A DNA stretch of 42,290 nucleotides, the filler included, from Candidatus Woesearchaeota archaeon (lineage in GTDB: Archaea > Nanobdellota > Nanobdellia > Woesearchaeales > BM511), in NCBI GenBank assembly GCA_023266675.1. It is 3 parts of 3 records of this genome, joined end to end, with 100 filler letters (N's around TTAATTAATTAA, not from the genome) between each part and the next. Parts side by side here need not be neighbours in the genome. Positions count along the whole stretch, not along the records: positions 28,477 to 42,290 come from JAHFPP010000038.1; 2 more parts are not named here. One strand, given 5' to 3'. The notes beneath the pieces were generated by a model. That model was not told where the DNA came from and searched no databases. It saw only the letters and a list, made by a program, of their open reading frames with translations. The position numbers were made by a program, and so were the translations under genes. Shown one piece after another: positions 38,545 to 42,290 of the stretch (its first letter is position 1; each line of letters starts with the position of its first letter).

Positions 38545-38756
38545 TTTAAAAACCTCCAAATTTTAGTTTAATTGATACTTTGGAGTTTAATCAAAAAGAG
38601 AGCGTTTAGCATAACTGCATAATTGATTTTTGCAATAATATTCAAAAATTATTATTTAGCGGTTTTGTGTAGTCTCTTTTTAGAAAAATAAAAAGAATTA
38701 GTTTATATATTTCTCGTGCATAGCTGTCCAGTGAGTCCAGTGTATTATTATCGTCG

Positions 38757-39404
38757 CTATAGTCCTCTTTCGAGGTGGAAGTTCTTCTGGTCTTCCTGAA
38801 ATGTCGCGACATTAAAGAAGTCTTTCATTGCATCCTGAAGGTTTCTTGCACGAACTCTTATATCATTTCTATATCCTTCAAATATTGGTTTATACCATCG
38901 TTTTCGAAAGAAATGGAATAATATTGGACCCATTAGTGGGTGTTTTTTAACATCCTGGTCAAATATTTTAATATATACCTTAACCCTTACTTTAAGCTCC
39001 CCCTCCTGTGCTGTCATTTTTCTTCCGCCAACGACCGTTTCTGTATTTCTCATAAAGAGGTTTGTAAAATTTAGATCCATATAGTATCTGTATCTGCTGG
39101 TGCCTCTTGAGTGGAACTCTGGATTATATACTAGTCTCCACCATATCCTTCTCTGCATGTTGCCGTTTGGCTCACGCCACTCTTCAAAGAAAGTTTCAAC
39201 TCGTTCATCCTCTTCACCTTCGTCTTCAGCAGCTCTCCATCCTTCCTCAGTAAGGTACCAGTAAACGAATTTATAAAAATTTTTCATATGAAATACTTTG
39301 ACAACCCTGAATTCAAACTCATACAGTGATTTGCCTTCAACACCTAAAGAATCGCTTCCCTTGTCTTTGGTGCTTTTGAATCTTGGAAAATTAGGATATG
39401 CCAT
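38757..39404 (-). CDS. hypothetical protein
   Basis: About 215-aa aromatic-rich ORF with a TATA box about 25 nt upstream. Confidence 0.75.
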   Translation of the reverse strand: MAYPNFPRFKSTKDKGSDSLGVEGKSLYEFEFRVVKVFHMKNFYKFVYWYLTEEGWRAAEDEGEEDERVETFFEEWREPNGNMQRRIWWRLVYNPEFHSRGTSRYRYYMDLNFTNLFMRNTETVVGGRKMTAQEGELKVRVKVYIKIFDQDVKKHPLMGPILFHFFRKRWYKPIFEGYRNDIRVRARNLQDAMKDFFNVATFQEDQKNFHLERGL

Positions 39405-39476
39405 AAGTATATACTGCATCTAATAGTTTATATAATTAACGATTATGCCGCCAAGAAGTAGATTATATGATTAAAT

Positions 39477-40289
39477 TCAACTTTTTTTAAGTATATAGTT
39501 CTCTTTTCCATCTGTGGCCCAGTTCCATGGTCTTTCATTTACTTTATGGTCACATTTTACGTAAGTGTCACACCATATCTTCATTTTTAATTTTTCCCGC
39601 ACATCCATACAAAATATTACGTCGTCAAACCCGCCCATTGTGTTTTCCCTAAACTCTATTTTTTCGAGTACCTCGCGGTGAATAAACAGGCATCCTGAAC
39701 CGCACATTTTTATCTCGATTAATTTATCTTCTTCAACTTCTTCAGCGCTTAAGTGTCTTCGTATGTTATTAAAATTAAAATTATTTTTCTTTAATGTATT
39801 GTAAAAAGATGGTTGCTTTTTTTCTATGTTTTTAAGATTAGACATGATTTCCTTTTGTTGAATTTCACTAAACCATCCGTAAAGCAAAGGTAGTTTTCGC
39901 TCTTTGCCGTTGATAGTGAAATAATTGTAATAAATGCCTGTTAAAACCATTTTTTTATCAGATAAGAATCTTTTTAGCGTATCTTTTGGTGGAATAACAT
40001 CCTGGTCAACATTGAAAAAATATTCATAACCCTCTAAAAGAGCCTTGGTTCTAAGCATGTTTCTGCAATAAACCATTCTTTTTTTTATTCCAGTAAGATT
40101 ATATCCGTCTCTAACCATTGGAATTTTGTCTTTGAATTTATTGTAAAATTCATCATTGTCTGAGTTGTCTATCAAAAGAATGTCATAATTTGGATAATCC
40201 AGTGATAAAAGCCCCTGTATAAATTTTTCTGTGCAGTACTCATGATGGCTTGAAACAGGTGCTCCGACAAGTATTTTTGGATAATTCAT
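39477..40289 (-). CDS. glycosyltransferase family 2-like protein
   Basis: LDYPNYDILLIDNS, RNML, VDQD (DxD), GSGCLFIHREV, DDVIFC. Confidence 0.88.
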   Translation of the reverse strand: MNYPKILVGAPVSSHHEYCTEKFIQGLLSLDYPNYDILLIDNSDNDEFYNKFKDKIPMVRDGYNLTGIKKRMVYCRNMLRTKALLEGYEYFFNVDQDVIPPKDTLKRFLSDKKMVLTGIYYNYFTINGKERKLPLLYGWFSEIQQKEIMSNLKNIEKKQPSFYNTLKKNNFNFNNIRRHLSAEEVEEDKLIEIKMCGSGCLFIHREVLEKIEFRENTMGGFDDVIFCMDVREKLKMKIWCDTYVKCDHKVNERPWNWATDGKENYILKKS

Positions 40290-40338
40290 ATTATTGATAT
40301 TAATATTACAAATAAAAACTTTGCTAAAAACACTGGAG

Positions 40339-40589
40339 TTGTAGAAATCATAACTTTTACCGCGAAGTTTATGAGCGTTATATCAATAAAACATTAAAAT
40401 GCTGTTGGGGGAAGTCCCACAACGTTTTAAAAAACCTTGACTAAAACAGTTCGGACTATTTATTATAACTAAATAGTCCTTAATATCGAGCGTTAACTGA
40501 CGAAACGGTTATTCCTCATGGGGTGACAGCAGCAAGATAAAACATGTAAAAAGCGAATTTCGCGTAAAGTTAAAAGAAGATTTCTACAA
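40339..40589 (+). ncRNA. unclassified structured RNA-like element
   Basis: About 30-bp interrupted closing helix plus at least three internal hairpins, with G-U wobbles consistently on the + strand. Confidence 0.6.
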
Positions 40590-40637
40590 AGTCAAACACA
40601 GCAAAACTTTTTATATCAAGCGTAAATTCGTTGTTTT

Positions 40638-41837
40638 ATGCTAGTTGGAATTGTAGGAAAGCCGAGTTGCGGCAAAAGCACGTTTTTTAAAGCGTCAACG
40701 CTTGCTGATGTAGAGATAGCTAATTATCCTTTTACAACCATTAAGCCAAATCACGCCGTTGGTTTTGTGAGGGTAGACTGTGTTGACAAGGAATTTGGAA
40801 AGCAATGCAAGCCAAGGATAGGCTACTGCGTTGAGCACCAAAGATTCGTGCCTATCGACATGATTGACGTTGCAGGTCTTGTGCCCGGGGCACATGAAGG
40901 ACTTGGTATGGGAAACCAGTTTTTAGACGACCTTAGACAGGCGGATGTTTTAGTTCACGTAATTGACGTTAGCGGAAGCGTTAATGAAAAAGGAGAATCA
41001 GTTGTGCCTCTAAGCTATGACCCTGCAAAAGACATAAAATTTCTGGAAGAAGAACTTGACTTTTGGTATCTTAACGTTTTTAAGAAAGTTTGGGAGAAAT
41101 TTGCAAGAACAACACAAGCTGCTCATGAAGATGTTAATAAAGCGATTTCAAAACAATTTTCTGGACTGCGAGTTACAGAGAATATGGTAAAAGACACATT
41201 AAAAATGCTTACGCTTCATGAAAAACCAGTAATTAATTGGACTGATGAAGAATTATTCTCTGTTGTAAGAGAATTTAGGAAAAAAACCAAGCCAATGATT
41301 ATTTCCGCTAATAAGATTGACGTGCCTGGCGCAGACAAGAATTTTGAAAGGTTAAAAAAAGAGTTCCCTGACTACATGATTGTGCCAAGCAGCGCAGAAA
41401 GCGAACTTGCACTTCGCGAAGCCGCAAAACATGGGTTGATTGATTACGTTCCTGGCGCATCAGATTTCAAGATAAAAGATGAAACAAAACTTAATGATAA
41501 ACAAAAAAAAGCTTTGGAATTTATCAGAGCAAACATTCTTCAAAAATTTGGAAAAACTGGCGTACAGGAAGTTTTGGACAAAGCAGTTTTTGAATTTCTT
41601 GGTTATATCGCAGTCTACCCTGGCGGCGTAAATAAATTAGAGGACAGCGAAGGAAGAACTTTGCCTGACTGTTTTTTAATGCCTAAAGGCACAACAGCGC
41701 TTGACTTCGCCTTTAAGCTCCATACAGATTTTGGGAAAAACTTTGTTAAAGCAATAAATGTGAAAACAAAAATGCCAATAGGAAAAGACGTGCCTCTTGA
41801 AAACAGAAGTGTTATAGAGATTATGAGCAGTAAATAA
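40638..41837 (+). CDS. ychF: YchF/Obg-family NTPase with TGS domain
   Basis: GKPSCGKST, NYPFTTI, DVAGLVPGAHEGLGMGNQFLDDLR, NKID, DFAFKLHTD. Confidence 0.95.
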   Translation: MLVGIVGKPSCGKSTFFKASTLADVEIANYPFTTIKPNHAVGFVRVDCVDKEFGKQCKPRIGYCVEHQRFVPIDMIDVAGLVPGAHEGLGMGNQFLDDLRQADVLVHVIDVSGSVNEKGESVVPLSYDPAKDIKFLEEELDFWYLNVFKKVWEKFARTTQAAHEDVNKAISKQFSGLRVTENMVKDTLKMLTLHEKPVINWTDEELFSVVREFRKKTKPMIISANKIDVPGADKNFERLKKEFPDYMIVPSSAESELALREAAKHGLIDYVPGASDFKIKDETKLNDKQKKALEFIRANILQKFGKTGVQEVLDKAVFEFLGYIAVYPGGVNKLEDSEGRTLPDCFLMPKGTTALDFAFKLHTDFGKNFVKAINVKTKMPIGKDVPLENRSVIEIMSSK

Positions 41838-42290
41838 TTATCCTATTGCTGTTGTTACCCATGTTTGTGTTTGCGTGTATGTGCCTGCCGGCATGTATGC
41901 AGGGACTTGTGGTATGCAATAGTTTATGCTTTGATTGTTTAACGTTTCAGTTACATACGTTGTTTTTTGCATCTGAGCACCAGGAATATTAACGTCGGTG
42001 TTGTTGATTAATTGTTTTGCGCTTGAATTGCTTTCAAAATAAGTAGTCACATTATAATAAACCTTAATTGTAACGTAATCGATGTACGCTGTCGCGTAAG
42101 ACGCGTTGACTGAAATTGATACGCCGAAGTTTCCGCTGTTGATGTCTGACGCAGTCCAGTTTTCCCCCCACAAATCAGTTGATGAACCATAAGTGAAGTT
42201 TTCATCACTTACACTCCAACTTGTTGAATTAACTTTATTTGTAGAACCGATTGTGCCATTGCTTTTTACAATACTAATGCGAGAATCTTT
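41838..42290 (-). CDS. C-terminal part of a Ser/Thr/Asn-rich surface protein, 5'-truncated by window edge
   Basis: Frame open from 42290: KDSRISIVKSNG...YGSSTDLWGENWTASDINSGNFGV...PAGTYTQTQTW; many N-glycosylation sequons. Confidence 0.75.
   Translation of the reverse strand, partial: KDSRISIVKSNGTIGSTNKVNSTSWSVSDENFTYGSSTDLWGENWTASDINSGNFGVSISVNASYATAYIDYVTIKVYYNVTTYFESNSSAKQLINNTDVNIPGAQMQKTTYVTETLNNQSINYCIPQVPAYMPAGTYTQTQTWVTTAIG

Noticed and set aside
38726..38742. GTCCAGTG repeated twice
   Set aside because: Two 8-mers only; no array or other context.
40400..40540. RNase P, SRP, group I intron or hammerhead identity for the structured RNA
   Set aside because: Only partial motif echoes: no CR-V/P4 partner, no SRP helix-8 stem, group I P/Q/R/S-like words out of order, and CTGACGA overlaps GAAA with no stem II.
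1..42290. CRISPR array, integrase or transposase
   Set aside because: I saw no regularly spaced repeats and no recognisable recombinase or transposase ORF.

Overview
AT-rich archaeal window, most likely from a DPANN archaeon (Woesearchaeota-like). That taxonomic call is inferred from gene content and style: gatD-gatE, the rpl44e-rps27e-aIF2alpha-nop10-PAC2 cluster, dph5, GINS, NucS, ATP-dependent ligase, ftsZ, an S-layer protein, BRE/TATA promoters and many orphan genes. Two 100-nt N spacers carrying TTAATTAATTAA show that three contigs were artificially joined (1-14403, 14504-28376, 28477-42290). Most of the window is housekeeping genes. I added features missing from the ORF track: nop10, tRNA-Arg(CCU), a tRNA-Thr(UGU) with two introns, and partial genes at edges and gaps. 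The most interesting signals are (i) an unclassified ~250-nt highly structured RNA-like element upstream of ychF, (ii) a free-standing LAGLIDADG endonuclease gene abutting the two-intron tRNA-Thr, (iii) ~115-bp multi-hairpin inserts bounded by direct repeats, one of which duplicates the rps27e ribosome-binding site and start, (iv) a structured ~185-nt S-layer leader, and (v) a shared upstream promoter motif on orphan genes. All protein calls come from motif recognition by eye; no searches were run.
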